Shown: piece by piece, positions 11,301 through 24,131 of the stretch | How the letters are laid out: the number at the start of each line of letters is the position of its first letter | Numbering within the stretch: the first letter of the stretch is position 1 | Program-made: the position numbers and the translations under genes | NCBI GenBank assembly: GCA_020137815.1 | Contig: CM035359.1 | Coordinates: 7,998,001 to 8,062,000, forward strand | Source: Hormiphora californensis | Taxonomy: Eukaryota > Animalia > Ctenophora | DNA length: 64,000 nt | Direction: 5' to 3' | The notes under the pieces: generated by a model | Seen by the model: the letters and a program-made list of their open reading frames with translations, nothing else | Database searches by the model: none | What the model was told of the DNA's origin: nothing

Positions 11301-13174
11301 TAACTCTATAGTCCTCTGCCACAACGTCTTTCAGAAGTTTTCGCTTCTTCCCAAGGAGAGCTTTACTCATTTCCTGTACTGCGCCTATGAAGTGACCATA
11401 GTTTGTAGTTGGATTGTCTTCAGCAGTAGATGTTAGAGTGTTAGACAGGAGAATCGGTTGTGAACCTCAACAGAGAAACGATCCCTCTGGTTCGGGTCGG
11501 TTCTGAGGGCACTGTAGTCGAGATTCGGTCTTCCTGGCAGAGTCTTCCTCTTTCGTAGGGTGAGTTTGACCTTGGCAGTAAGAAACCGATGATCGGATCC
11601 AAGGGAGCTTAACGCCTCGGGCCCTCGGACGTCGTGGTGTCCTTAATACTATTCCTCCACTTCTTCTTTATTAGTATATAATCCAGGGTGGCCTTCCGCT
11701 GTGTCCCGTCCGACAGGAATGTCCACAAACGACTCTTCTTCTTCCGGAATCTAATGCTAGTGGCCTCCAATTTGGTTTCCTCCATAGTTACCTTCAGAAG
11801 GACACCGTTACGGCTGGTGGTACGATGATAGTACCATCCAGAACTAGTTCCTTCCCAGCCAAGGCGAGCGTTCAAGTCGCCACAAACAATCAGGAGATTG
11901 TGAGCAAATTGTACCCACTCACAATATTCACAATACGTGAGGGGAGATTACAGTTCCTGGTATTGCTGTTTTCTCTGTGGCACTGATACTCTCGCCTTCC
12001 TCTCTAAATTTAAGTTCTCTATCCCCTCCTCAAAAACTTTCCTCTTTCTTTCCCCTATCAGTCCCCAGCCGCGTCACTGTGCCTGGTGTGACAAAACGGT
12101 GCGGTCAATCGGAAAGATTTGTATTCGAGGCAGCTGATTTTTCTCCTTTCTTTTCCCATATCAGTTCGCCCAGTACAAACAAAATGAGGGGGCCAGCCCT
12201 ATGACACAACCTCAAACTAGGGACAAAGTGCAGCTCCCTAGTTGTGAGTAGTAACAAAGACAACTTGTATATCACTACATATTGTGTAAACCCAAACAGA
12301 GGGGTGATGCCAGCCCTGTTGACCCGAGCTTCCTGTCAGCTCTTGACAGGCCCCAGAATTTAGCAACTTTAACATCCGTAAAATTTTAAATACTAGGTAT
12401 ACAGTCGTAAATGTACAAAACATACAACAGAACATTTATGACAAAGACCAGAAAATCGATTTTGGCAAACTAACAGCATTGATAAATAAATCTGGCCTTT
12501 CAAATAGAATCTGCCTGTCAAAACCGGCCCCCACCCCAGGCAGATATTAATCCAAAGAGTTGGGCCGCCCAGACATGAAAAATGTATAACGGGTGGTACA
12601 AAACGAGCTCGAAAGAGCTTACAATGGTTGCCACCTTAGGCTGGCAGACTATGGAGCCCCCCTTGAGGATGAGTGCCGTTCCACTAGACTGCGTACTAGA
12701 AGCACTGCAAATGGGCCGATTAGGTGCATACTGCATAGTGTACCAATCGGTGGCCCGGGCCACCACACTGTATCCTGAGTTTGGATCTGGCCTAAAATGG
12801 CAAGGTGCTGGTAGAAGAAATGACGTTTTCTACGCTACGTTTGAGCAGAGAAGCCGCGTCATCGTTCGGCATTCTACTGATTTCTGGGGAACCCAGTAAC
12901 GTAAGACTGGTGAGAATTCACTGGTGCTCTCAGATGTGTGTCTAACTGGATTAGTACCCGGCCTGAAAATTAACAATAGCGGACCGAATGTGAAACTAGT
13001 CATTTCTCAAAGGGGAGCCTCATGTGAGATATGGGGATCCCTGGAGAGGTCTGACTAGTGAAACTACTGAGTGAATCTTGTGTGGGGCGCTTGTGAGGAA
13101 TGCCAGAATTCTGATTCGGCGGGAGTTGGCGCGGAAGATACCAGCAAAGTGGGAGGAAGTACGGTGAGGTTCAA

Positions 13175-13294
<120 letters not shown>

Positions 13295-13744
13295 AAAATT
13301 TCGGGTGGTTACACACAGAGAGATGTGACAAAGCAAGAGACAAACCAACACACAAGGGGACAGAGATACGAGAGAGGGAGATTGGAATTCTTGGAAATAG
13401 CAAACAACAAAACATGATAAGAGGATAATTAGAGAGAGAAAGAGGGAGAGTGAGTGTAAAATGGCAGACTGTGTGTCGTGTAGTACCTTGTCAGTCATAT
13501 TCTGTGTGTTTGTGTGTGAATAAGGTGTAAAAACACTGCGAGAACACTTTTCTCACTCATATCCCACTGCCTCCATATCTGCACGCTCCCGCAGAAGCAC
13601 AGTACAAATTTCACCGTGCAAATGGTCGCGCAGAGCAGAACTTGTGAGCGGGACTTGACTTCTCACATATCCCTTATCAGTTTCGTTTGAAAAGCTCGCT
13701 CCTGATAGTTTTTGATCTTGCACCGTTGTACACGCGTACGAACA

Positions 13745-14795
13745 TGGCCTCCAAGTTGGATCGTGCCTTCACTACCTGGCAACAGGGCGGTCCGGGCAAC
13801 CGTGCTTATGCTATGTCTTCTGATTACAGTCGGCTAGAGACGTCTATCTTATCTACATTGAGGCGAGTTGCTGGGTACCCTGACCCTAACAAGGAAGGTG
13901 GCGAGTTTGATCCAAATAAGTTGACCAGCATGAATACCTCTCAAGTCTAGACACGAACAAGAAAGTACAGCTTCTTTCTGACACGGCTGGTTTGCTTTGG
14001 TTTCGTGCACTTCCTCTTAGTCGATTAGCTAGGAAGGAGTTGTTATCAGCTAACACAAGAGCGAAACAGGATGGTTCTGTGTGCAGTAATGAATCGAAAG
14101 AAACGATAGAGAAGCTGATGGAGCATCTGGACCACACCCGTGACCGCCTTGACAGTGCTACAGATTTATTATTAGAACGTGATTCCAAGATCATTGAACT
14201 GCAATCAGAGATCAGTGCCCTAAAAGACTCGATCATATCCATGAAAAATACCATGCTAGAGAAGAGTGTCACCGCGGTACAGACAGTTGTTAAGGACGAG
14301 ATTCAGAATTACTCTGCTGTTATCCAGACAGCTGCTACTGCTGTGAACCAGACCTGTGTATCTGCCCTTGCTCCCAACAAACTACGAACAGCAATTGCCA
14401 GTGCTTCCATTGATCGTAGTAACAACCTGATGGTGTACGGTCTGCCAGAGAGTGACCAGCTAAGTGAAAGTACTTTAGTCAAGGATCTATTTGAACATTT
14501 GTCTGAAGCACCAGTGTTAACCGAGGTGGCACGACTTGGTAAGAGAGGTGGTGAGGGAGTGCGGCCAGTGCGGGTGGTGCTGAGGAACAGAGAGGCTACT
14601 AGGACTATTTTGGGGAAATCAGCGACGCTGAAGGACTCTGATCAGTACCAGTCAGTGTTTGTTGCACCGGACAGATCAGTAGAAGAGAGAGCAGAGAGAA
14701 GAGAATTAGTTACTAAACTGAGAGAGAGAAGAGAAAATGAACCTGATAAAGTTTGGAGGATTAGAAGAGGCTCTATTGTAGAGAGTGAGACGTGA
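13745..14795 (+). pseudogene. LINE ORF1-like gene (frameshift near 13950), no ORF2 downstream
   Basis: Coiled coil then DRSNNLMVYGLPE...RLGK...RPVRV...VFVAPDRSVEERAERRELV; clearly homologous to 8459-8896. Confidence 0.8.
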
Positions 14796-15110
14796 GAAGT
14801 ATGACGAGAGATTGGAGAGATAGAGATAAATAAGTTAACTTTTTGAGATACGGTTTTATTATATGTTTTATAATTCATTTATGGTTTTCAGTTTTGTAAA
14901 GACATAGTGGGGACCAGGGTGGGGTAACAGGTTCAAAGCACACATAAGACCTAACCGTCTTCGTGCTAACGACCCTGTTACGCCACCCTGAATCCTCACT
15001 CAGTTTGGTCTGTGTGGCTGGTTTACTTGATACTATATGTTTATTTCGGCGCAATAACACTGCCAACGGCAGTTTTGATTGAAGTAATATTTGCACTCGC
15101 GGTTTATATA

Positions 15111-15330
15111 CAGTCGGACCCCGATTTAATGGCCCTCGATTTAGCGGCACCCCGATTTAACGGCAGGATAAATTTCGCCCAAAAATTTTTTTTGAAATGT
15201 TTTTGAAAATTTTTTGAAAATTTTTCAAAATGTATCAACCACGTCCGAATCGTGTTTCGAATCGGTGCACCTTATTGCATGTCTTGCCGGTAATTAGACG
15301 GTTCGAAACGAACAGATATGTGATCCCCAT
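15111..15330. mobile_element. One end of the long pogo-like element seen complete at 54999-56534
   Basis: TA|CAGTCGGACCCCGATTTA terminus and shared CCACGTCCGAATCGTGTTTCGAATCGGTGCA block. Confidence 0.7.
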
Positions 15331-15432
15331 GAGGCACATCAAATCGCAATTTTGACATTTGTTAAGCATATTAATAATTCAAAGAATGTGTAAGTAAAAC
15401 ACAATGATTGTTTCTATCCTGTTTTATAAATA

Positions 15433-15511
15433 CTAGTAAACCCGTTCGCCCTACGGGTGAATTTCGGGGAAATGGTAGCTGGTCGCTGGATTAGGGAACA
15501 CTGACATCACC
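15433..15511 (-). mobile_element. Helitron-like 3' end (second copy at about 18482-18560)
   Basis: Minus strand shows a CCCGT..ACGGG hairpin followed by CTAG|T. Confidence 0.45.
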
Positions 15512-15736
15512 AGTCGAACTGTTGACATGTACCATCCCATCTTAAGTTACGGTACCGTAAAATGAGCTCAGGCGGGATCGCTGCGAGTTTTAGAACGTCA
15601 GATGATGATGATCAGGCGATCAAAGTGATAAAAGAACTTACTCCTCGCGTTTCGTTTGTTTGCAGTATTCATCTGAGATTCATCATCGGTTCTGACTAAC
15701 CTCCAACGTCTTTTTCGTTGTCTCTGCACTTCTTTT

Positions 15737-16741
15737 TTCATGATAATGAACTACATTAACCGTAGTATTATGCACTATGCTGCAGGGACATCACACACAC
15801 ACATCACCCACACACATGATATTGATCAAGCCTGAACAACAGGTTATTGAATCAATCAATCGACCGTTCAACGGTACGAGGTGCCATCACTGATTCGTGC
15901 AGTTGATCCGAAGACCACGAATTCAATTAATATGTCGTGATTACTGTTTAATAGCCCAACTGGTCATTCCGAAAAATCAGATACAAACACATTAATGTGC
16001 CGCACTGTATATGAGTTACTCCAACCCTCCAGTTTCAATGCTTGTTTAACGAAGGAAGTAACCAAGCGATCCACTGGATTCGATATATCTAGGCGCATAT
16101 CATATTGCCACAGTACTGATGTATTAGCACTATCTTTATATCGGATATCTCGAACAGCAACAATCCTTGTATTTAAACAGGGTTCTTGCTTTCTAACCAG
16201 TTAGGCGTATTAAACAGGGCACATGTTATCTGCAGCGCTCACATATCATGATAATGAACTACATTAACCGTAGTATTATGCACTATGCTGCAGGGACATC
16301 ACACACACACATCACCCACACACATGATATTGATCAAGCCTGAACAACAGGTTATTGAATCAATCGACCGTTCAACGGTACGAGGTGCCATCACTGATTC
16401 GTGCAGTTGATCCGAAGACCACGAATTCAATTAATATGTCGTGATTACTGTTTAATACGCCTAACTGGTTAGAAAGCAAGAACCCTGTTTAAATACAAGG
16501 ATTGTTGCTGTTCGAGATATCCGATATAAAGATAGTGCTAATACATCAGTACTGTGGCAATATGATATGCGCCTAGATATATCGAATCCAGTGGATCGCT
16601 TGGTTACTTCCTTCGTTAAACAAGCATTGAAACTGGAGGGTTGGAGTAACTCATATACAGTGCGGCACATTAATGTGTTTGTATCTGATTTTTCGGAATG
16701 ACCAGTTGGGCTATTAAACAGTAATCACGACATATTAATTG
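15737..16741. repeat. Local duplication-inversion
   Basis: About 15737-15952 repeated directly at about 16247-16456; about 15925-16206 inverted at about 16459-16741 (identical 69-aa ORFs on opposite strands). Confidence 0.9.
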
Positions 16742-17492
16742 ACTTCTTTTTTTGTTGCTGTATTTAAATCCCTCAGTGTACGGAAAAGTAGAGAATGGCG
16801 GTGAGATCTCCAATTGTCGCTTTTGTATATATCAACGGTTGTTGAAGAGAACATAATTATAGCTGGAACAGTGACACAAAACAAAGAAAGAACAGCTGCA
16901 CGTGCAGCTGCAGTACAGTAGTAACAATCCTTGGCAACGGCTCCCACCCCTGGCCCCACTCCAGTAGTACTCCATCTCTAAACCTGCACTTGCTAAAATG
17001 CCATATATGGTCAAAAACGTCACCGATCTCGATTTCCCTATTTGCTTTATATGAGGTATAAACTCTGGCCACTGGCGCGTTATTTCAGATAAATTCTCCC
17101 AGCGTGCCGCTGGGAGAAGTTAGCTGGAGTTTATCCGCCGCTGGCGGATAAACTGGTTTAAATCACGACGACGATCCCGAGGGAGAGGCGGAGGGGTTCA
17201 TAGTGTTCCCTCTGTATTTTAGTAAGAACTGATCATTTACACACACTTTGAATGTTACATAGGAGTTAAAATAAACAACCTGCCAGTGGGAAATAATCTG
17301 CCGCTGGACTGGCTGTTTACTGAGAGCGCCTTGAGGGGTCACATCACATGTATAAAAGGGAGAGAAAGAGAGAAAAAGAGAGGGATCACATCACATAGCA
17401 TATAGCAGACAGGCAGAGAGAAAAACAGACCCCTCGATTTGCGATCGGTACGATCGCCCCAGTTTTGCTAGTCTATCTAATGTGGGCGGCGC

Positions 17493-18079
17493 GGTGGGCG
17501 GACTCTAGTGCTAACGGACTCTTTATCTAAATCCAAGGCGGACTCTATATCTAAAAACGGACTCTTTATCTATAGTTAGATTTTGAAAAAAGTTTAGATA
17601 AAGAGTCCTCCCTGTGTAGACTTTTTAGATGAAGAGTCCGCCCTGTGTAGAATTTTTAGATATAGAGTCCTCTAGCTAGATCTAGTACATTTTGGCGCCA
17701 AATCCTCCAACCCGGACTCTATGTCTGAAATCCTAACCCAACCCAAAACCTAACACTAACCCCAACCCTAACATCAAACCCAAATAACGGCCCTAACACT
17801 TCTAAATTAGTATAGGGGTAGAGCAAACTCTCGTTTCCGGCCTAACGGTCGAAATCTCGAGTTCGCGGCGAAAGGCGGACTCTATATGTAATTTAGATTT
17901 ATGTAGATATAGAGTCCACTTTGTTTAGACTTTTTAGATAAAGAGTCCGCCTTGTGTAGACTTTTTAGATAAAGAGTCCTCCTAGAGTTTAGAATTATTT
18001 GGACTCTTTATCTAAATCTAAATTTAGATATAGAGTCCGCTGTAGACTTAGAGTGTAGCACTTATAGAGTCCGCACACC
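17493..18079. mobile_element. Non-autonomous TIR element (Merlin/Mutator-like) with GGACTCTWTATCTA repeats
   Basis: GGTGGGCGGACTCTA...TAGAGTCCGCACACC; 9-bp TSD GGGCGGCGC; noisy second copy at about 58018-59545. Confidence 0.75.
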
Positions 18080-19099
18080 GGGCGGCGCTTAACAGATCTC
18101 ATCGCTTATCTGCAGTGAATGTGATCGGTTCGAGTATTCGCTTGCAGCGAAACACAGCATTATGAAACATAATGCAATATTAATCCTTGTTTTTGGGTGT
18201 GTAACACATATACATTTATCATTAGATTTACAGGACGATGGGTTAACATACTGGTACCCGAGCTACAGACCCTCCGACAAGGAATACGAACCTGCGCTGG
18301 CTTTGATAGAGGGGCTACACTTGCTACAATAAGGTAGGATTGAGAATGGTGAGATCGAAGTTGTGCAGCGTCTGATATCGGGCACGCACGAATCGATTTA
18401 TTAACACTGTTTTTGTATCGGATATCTCGAACAGCAACAATCTTTGTGTTTTTAAACAGATAATTTATTGCTTTATCCAAACTAGTACGCCCGTTCGCCC
18501 TACGGGGCACGGGCGAATTTCGGGGAAATGGTAGCTGGATTAGGGAACGCTGACATCACCTGGGGGTCTTTTCTGAACAGGTTTATGAAGATTCTTAGGA
18601 ACTTTTTGGACGTTTTAGGAAGAAAGTTAGAGAGTTAAGAAGATTGTTGTTTCCGAACATGGCACTTAGGAAGATTTTTTTTAGCGTTAAGAATTTTCCT
18701 AAATTATCTACCTAAATTATCTTTCTAAGTGCCCTATAATTGAATTAAAACTGCGTGAGTCCTTGAAATTTTTTTCTTAGCGGCCTAAGAATGTTCTTAG
18801 CTCTCTTTTTTTCTTCCTAAGTAGCAAGAAAAGTTAGGACAGCTCCGAACCTTACTTAGTGCAGCTTAGGAAGATTCTTGCTCTGTTTGACATGTATTTT
18901 GGGCCATTTTTAGAGCTGATATCATAAAAATGATGAATTTTTTCAAGCAAACATGAACATACAACCATTTTATGTTGACGCTACGTCCAATAGAGTTATA
19001 CTTAAATCGGTTGGTAGTCGGTGTTTCTTGTATTAATTTTGAAAATTGAAAGTTATGGGTCTTGCTGTGACTCTAAAGCATCATAGAACGATAAATATG

Positions 19100-19130
<31 letters not shown>

Positions 19131-20512
19131 GACGTGTTTATATTCCGCCCATATCCTCCAGGGGCAGCAGATCAAGATATAGCTACTGCCACTGAAAGAC
19201 AATCAGAGCGGGATACAAAGTTAGGAAGAAATTTACTCTCTATCAAGACCATAATGGGGAAAAAACTGACTTACAACGGCTCACATATCGTGGGAAAAAA
19301 ACTGAAGAAAATAACTGACATAAAAAGATGAAACTGTCCAAAAAGAATCCTTAGATTACAAAAAAATTCACACTGCTTCACACTCTGTCCAATCGTGCTT
19401 CAAACCCTCAAAAATGCTTAATAAAAACTGATACAACTGTTCCAAACACACTGGAGATAAAATACTGATACAAGCCTTCAGGGAGTACTTACGCCATAGG
19501 CTTCAGTGAAGAGTCGGGTCTTAAGTCTTGTCTTGAAGGAGTCAACAGACGGAACAGATCTGATATCCAAAGGAAGCTCATTCCACAGACTGGGTAGAAA
19601 CACAGAAGGTCGCCTTCTCCTCAATTTAGAATTAGCGTTGACACTTGAGAGTTTCGGGTACTGGAGCCTGAACTCATCCGGAACAGCATTAGCTCTCGTA
19701 AAACGCAAGCTATCCACATCCTCATACGCTGGCACTTTGTCGGTTAGATAATCTGGAGCAGTTCGGTGAACAACCTTATAAGCTGTAAGACAGGCTTTGA
19801 ACACAATCCTCTGTTCAATAGGAAGGACATGCATTTCCTTCAGGTAAGGTGTATAATCATCTTGATGTCCGTGTAGACCATAGACGAACCGAACACAAGA
19901 GTTGAGTGTTTTCTGTAGGCTGTTGATGTGTTTCTTCGGGAGTCCACAATAAAGTATGTTACAGTAGTCCAGCCTCGAAATAACTAGCTGTTTGACAAGG
20001 AGGATCTTCATAGACTGGTCCAAACATCGATTGATCTGCCAAAGGTTCCTCAGAATCATACCACACTGTCTCTTAACACTGTTAACTTGTCGTTCCATAG
20101 TGAGTTGGCTGTCAAGGTAGACACCAAGGGTTTTACCTGTAGTTCCTTTAAAATCCACTGGAAAGATTTCCGTGCCTCCAAAAACAATTGAGGGTTCATA
20201 TGCTAGCTTCTCTAGTGCTACACTCTTTCCAAGCAACAATAGTTCCGTTTTGGCTTCATTGCACCTCAGCCAGTGCTTTACCATCCAATCCTTCACCTCC
20301 TTTAAACAATCCTCAGCGTTACCTTTCACTGCTAGCCATCCTTCATCATCATGGGGAACCAGACTCATGTACAATTGTGAGTCATCAGCATAAAGCTTTA
20401 TCCTCAGCCCATACCGTTCGACAAGGTCTTGGAGTTCTTCCACATACAACAGGAACAAGACAGGTCCTAACAGAGAACCTTGTGGGACACCACATACTAG
20501 CTTTTTTATCAT

Positions 20513-21320
20513 GGAAAAATTAGAACGTTATATACAATAAATAAATATCAATAAATAAAACAACTCCCCGGTGGTCAGTACAAGTAGGTGGGCAGGTCTC
20601 CGAACAGTTAATCCTCTTCATCTTGTTTCTACTCTGTTTCCTCATCACGGTGTCTTTCTGTCGGGCACGGTTGAAGACGACTGTAACCGTCCGACCAGCA
20701 GGCCTTGCCTTGTTCCGATGTACGATACCAAGGTGTTCCGGTCTGATGGTAGGGTCAGCGAGCTTGAGGGTGGTGACAACCTTGTTCTCCAGCTGTTTCT
20801 GGGTCTCGTTGGTGGAGTCGGGTACACCAGCAAGTAGGACAGTGTTCCTACCCTGATACGCCTCGGACCGGAGCAACCTGTCTTCCACTTTCTCAAGATC
20901 AGTATTAAGGCGCTCAACTTCGCTGGTAAGACTGACTACTTTGTTTTCAAGAAAGATCTCCTTTTCACGCTGCTGTCGAGTCATGCAGAACAAAGCAAGG
21001 AGGACATCCTCAACACTAGCAGGGCTGTTAAAATGTTTCTTCAAATCTTCAATCGAGCTGATGTTAACACTTTCTGGATCATTAAATATTTCAAGAATCG
21101 GGCTGGATACAGCGTCAGATTTAGAAGCAGCAGAGCGTGTGATTCTTGTCATCTCCCAAATTGACAAAGTTCAGTTCAACAATCCAATTCTCTCTCTCTC
21201 TCTCAAGCTAGTCAGATGTTGGATTCACGATGTGGGTAAAGGGTGCACACACACGGTAGCTAGGAAGTAGATTTCACTAGTAGCAGTACAGCAGCAGCAA
21301 CGTATGAATGAGAGAGAGCA
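20513..21320 (-). mobile_element. ORF1-like insertion splitting the L2 RT
   Basis: ORF 20520-21167 has a coiled coil plus EAYQGRNTVLLAGVP...IVHRN (L1-type ORF1/RRM); host RT resumes on both sides (GNLSGIV / KKLVCGVPQGS). Confidence 0.7.
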
Positions 21321-24088
21321 GACAATTCCAGAGAGGTTTCCTCGAACGTTGACTCTGTAGCTTCTGCTCCCCAGGTAGCTCTCGAACCAATTCAGCGCTG
21401 CTCCACATATTCCAAATCGACTACTCAACACTTGGACCAGCATCGTGTGGTCAACGGTGTCAAAAGCAGCACTCATGTCTAGCAAAAGAAGTGCCATGAC
21501 ATTTCCTCTATCCATTTCCTCAAGTAGATCCTCAAACATACCAGTCAACAAGGTTTCACAACTATGGCCAACCCTATATCCTGATTGGTTCTTGTTCAGT
21601 AGGCTGTTATCCTCCAGGTAGCAGGTCAATTGATCCAACACTACCTTCTCGAGAACCTTCGAGACAAACAGCAGGTTTGACACTGGCCGGTAGTTCTGCA
21701 AACTATCACGGTCACCTTGAGCATTCTTTATCGTAGGAAACACTAGGGCTTGCTGGAACGCTTCTGGAACAGTCGAACTCCTAATAGATCCATAAACCAG
21801 CGTAGTAATCCACAGGGCGAACTCATGAATACATCCCTTCACCAACCAAGTGGGGATGATATCCAGGTCACATGTCTTGTCGGGCATATCCTTGATGAGC
21901 CCCTTGATATATATTCCACAGACACCTCCTCAAATTGAGCAAGCTTGTATTCTGGATCAGTCCTCAGAGCCTCTCTATCCTCCAGATCACTTTGTTCCTC
22001 ACACACTGATGTACGAATTTTATCCACTTTCCCACGGAAAAACTCAGCGAAGTCCTCTGCTAGCTTTTCATCGTTACCAGATTCTGGTAGAATACTCTCA
22101 GCTTTGCCTAGAAGGCGGTTTACTTTCCGTTGCAAACCTTTAGGATCACCTTTTGACTCCTCTAAACTCTTCTTGTTAAACCCGATCCTAGCATCTTTGT
22201 CCACTTTCCCGAATTGTCTCTTCAAGTCATTCAGCTGGGCTTTCCGTATCGTAGTCTTGTTCTTCCGCCAAGCCCTCTCAGCTCGCCTGTGTAGTCTCAG
22301 CACATCTTTGACACTCTCATCTTCTCTCCACGGCCTTAAACTTCTTTCCTCTTCGTCTTTTCTTGAGTTCCACAGATTTGTCCACAAGGTTGCCAAGAGT
22401 TCTCTCATAAATCCGGAAGTTTTCCTCAGGTGATTCAGCTACAAGAAGATCTCCTAGTCCAAGGTTCCTCAGTGCCTGCCTGAACAGTTCAGGATCAACA
22501 GACTTAAAGTCTCTGTACATGTCAATCTGCTGCTTGCTTCGAAAATCCACATCCTCAGTTTTAGTGACAAGTTCACTCAGAACCATATAATGGTCTGATT
22601 CAGTACCATCCTTCAGAATTTCCACAGATCGAAACTTCGTTTTGATATCACTCCGACAAATCACCAGATCAAGCGTTCCACCTCTGGTGTGGGTCGGCTG
22701 ACATGCTCCTTGGTTACTCCAGTAGTCGTCTCCATCAACCTTCCTCTGGCATTGACATAAAATGGACACAGATTGCTGGACGCTGGGTGAGATTTGGCGA
22801 ACTTCTTATCCTCTCTACTTCCACCTACATCACAATTGACACACTTCATTTTTCCTCCATCGTTGCTCTTCCTGGCTTGGCACTGACGGGTATCATGGTC
22901 ACCCGAGCAAAATGCACAGACTGGGCTCTTGTCCCTATTGGGACAATACACTGATCCAGCTACATGACCGTACCTCTGGCAGTGAAAACACTGTGTCACA
23001 TAGAACCTGTTTCTTACAGCGTGTTGCTTGAGCTTGAGGAAAATCCTGTCATTATTGTTGGAGATTGCTTTGCGAACTTCAGGAGGTACTTGTATGACTG
23101 CATATTTCCCAGCCTGGTTTACATGAACAATCTTGATGGTTTGGCCAGATTCATGAAGTTGTTTCACAGTCTCATTCTTCTCACTTAGAAGTGCCTTCAT
23201 CAGTGCTTCTTTGTTCAGGAGGTCTGCGTCAAGATCATTGATCATCAGACGAGGATCCTTCTTCTTCTCTTTTTCGACAACTGATGTAACATCCAAGAAT
23301 GGGGATAAAGCTTTCTCCGCTTCTTTCATGTCATCATCAGTACAGCTGAGTGTGCTTTTTGGTAACAGAGCTATCGAGAACAGGGATGTTCTTCAATGCC
23401 GTTACAACCTGTGGCTTCAGCAAGTTAGCCCATTTCTGCTCACATATCGGAGTCTCACTGTCTCCTTTATCCTTGATATTGACATAACGTTTGACAGGCG
23501 TTGAGGGTGGTGATTTCTGTATATCCAGGTGCTCCGGTCTCTTCTTGGCAACAGTGGGCGCAAGAATCTCATTCACTAATCCAGGTAGTGTTTTGAGGAG
23601 GTCCTGTCTCAGCTTCATGAAGCTATCTTTCAGGTCATCAGACGTCATAGATACCGCCGACATTTCAGACTCAGATGATGAGGTGCTACATCTCGATTCA
23701 ACAGGGAGAAACTCATAACACATCTGTAAAACTTTCCACATAACATCCTTGGTAACTTGACTCGGGGCCTCGGCTTTTCCTTCCTTCAGGTGCTTCATAA
23801 CAGTCATTCCAGTGCACTTTTCAAAGGTTGTATCAGACAACTTACGTGCAAATTCCTCTTTGTAATCGTTTGGTCGGCCATAATGGGTTGCCACTCCCGA
23901 CATCCTGTCCTGTAAATAGAGGGGCGAGGAGCCGCTCCACCAAGGTTTGGCGACTTGGCTTTAGCCCAACGAGGTCTTCCAAGGTCCGCTTAATTTAGAG
24001 AGAGACAGAAACCAGAATATTCTTGTCTTGTCTTTGGAGGGGATTAAGCAGATGCTTAGAAGATTAGCGAGGGGCAGTTAAACGGAAC

Positions 24089-24128
24089 CTCAAATTAATT
24101 TGTTTAAAGTAGTGTTGAAAAGTTTGAA
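24089..24128 (-). other. Ctenophore-type spliced-leader exon copy
   Basis: Minus strand reads TTCAAACTTTTCAACACTACTTTAAACAAATTAATTTGAG, about 185 nt upstream of the LINE ORF1 ATG. Confidence 0.85.
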
Positions 24129-24131
24129 TAT

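Larger units (their letters stand above)
9636..11905 (-). mobile_element. Degenerate RTE-clade LINE, RT core missing, interrupted by two insertions
   Basis: EN fragment (LDYILIKKKWRNSIKD, 11609-11875); post-YADD fragment EVGLAINQNKTE; C-terminus LNGAYTRMLR...RRLRLAGH (9705-10037); TAAG-like tail near 9636-9660. Confidence 0.8.
19100..24128 (-). mobile_element. L2/Crack-type LINE with 5' spliced leader, zinc-knuckle ORF1, mostly deleted EN, disrupted RT and (ATT)n tail
   Basis: ORF1 22661-23903 with three CCHC knuckles; EN end PTHTRGGTLDLVI; RT motifs NYRPVSNL, LLDMSAAFDTVDH, GVPQGSLLGP, YADD; C-terminal LPIEQRIVFK; (TAA)n at 19100-19130. Confidence 0.9.

Noticed and set aside
12518-12899. 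105-aa and overlapping ORFs
   Set aside because: No recognisable domain or convincing splice structure.
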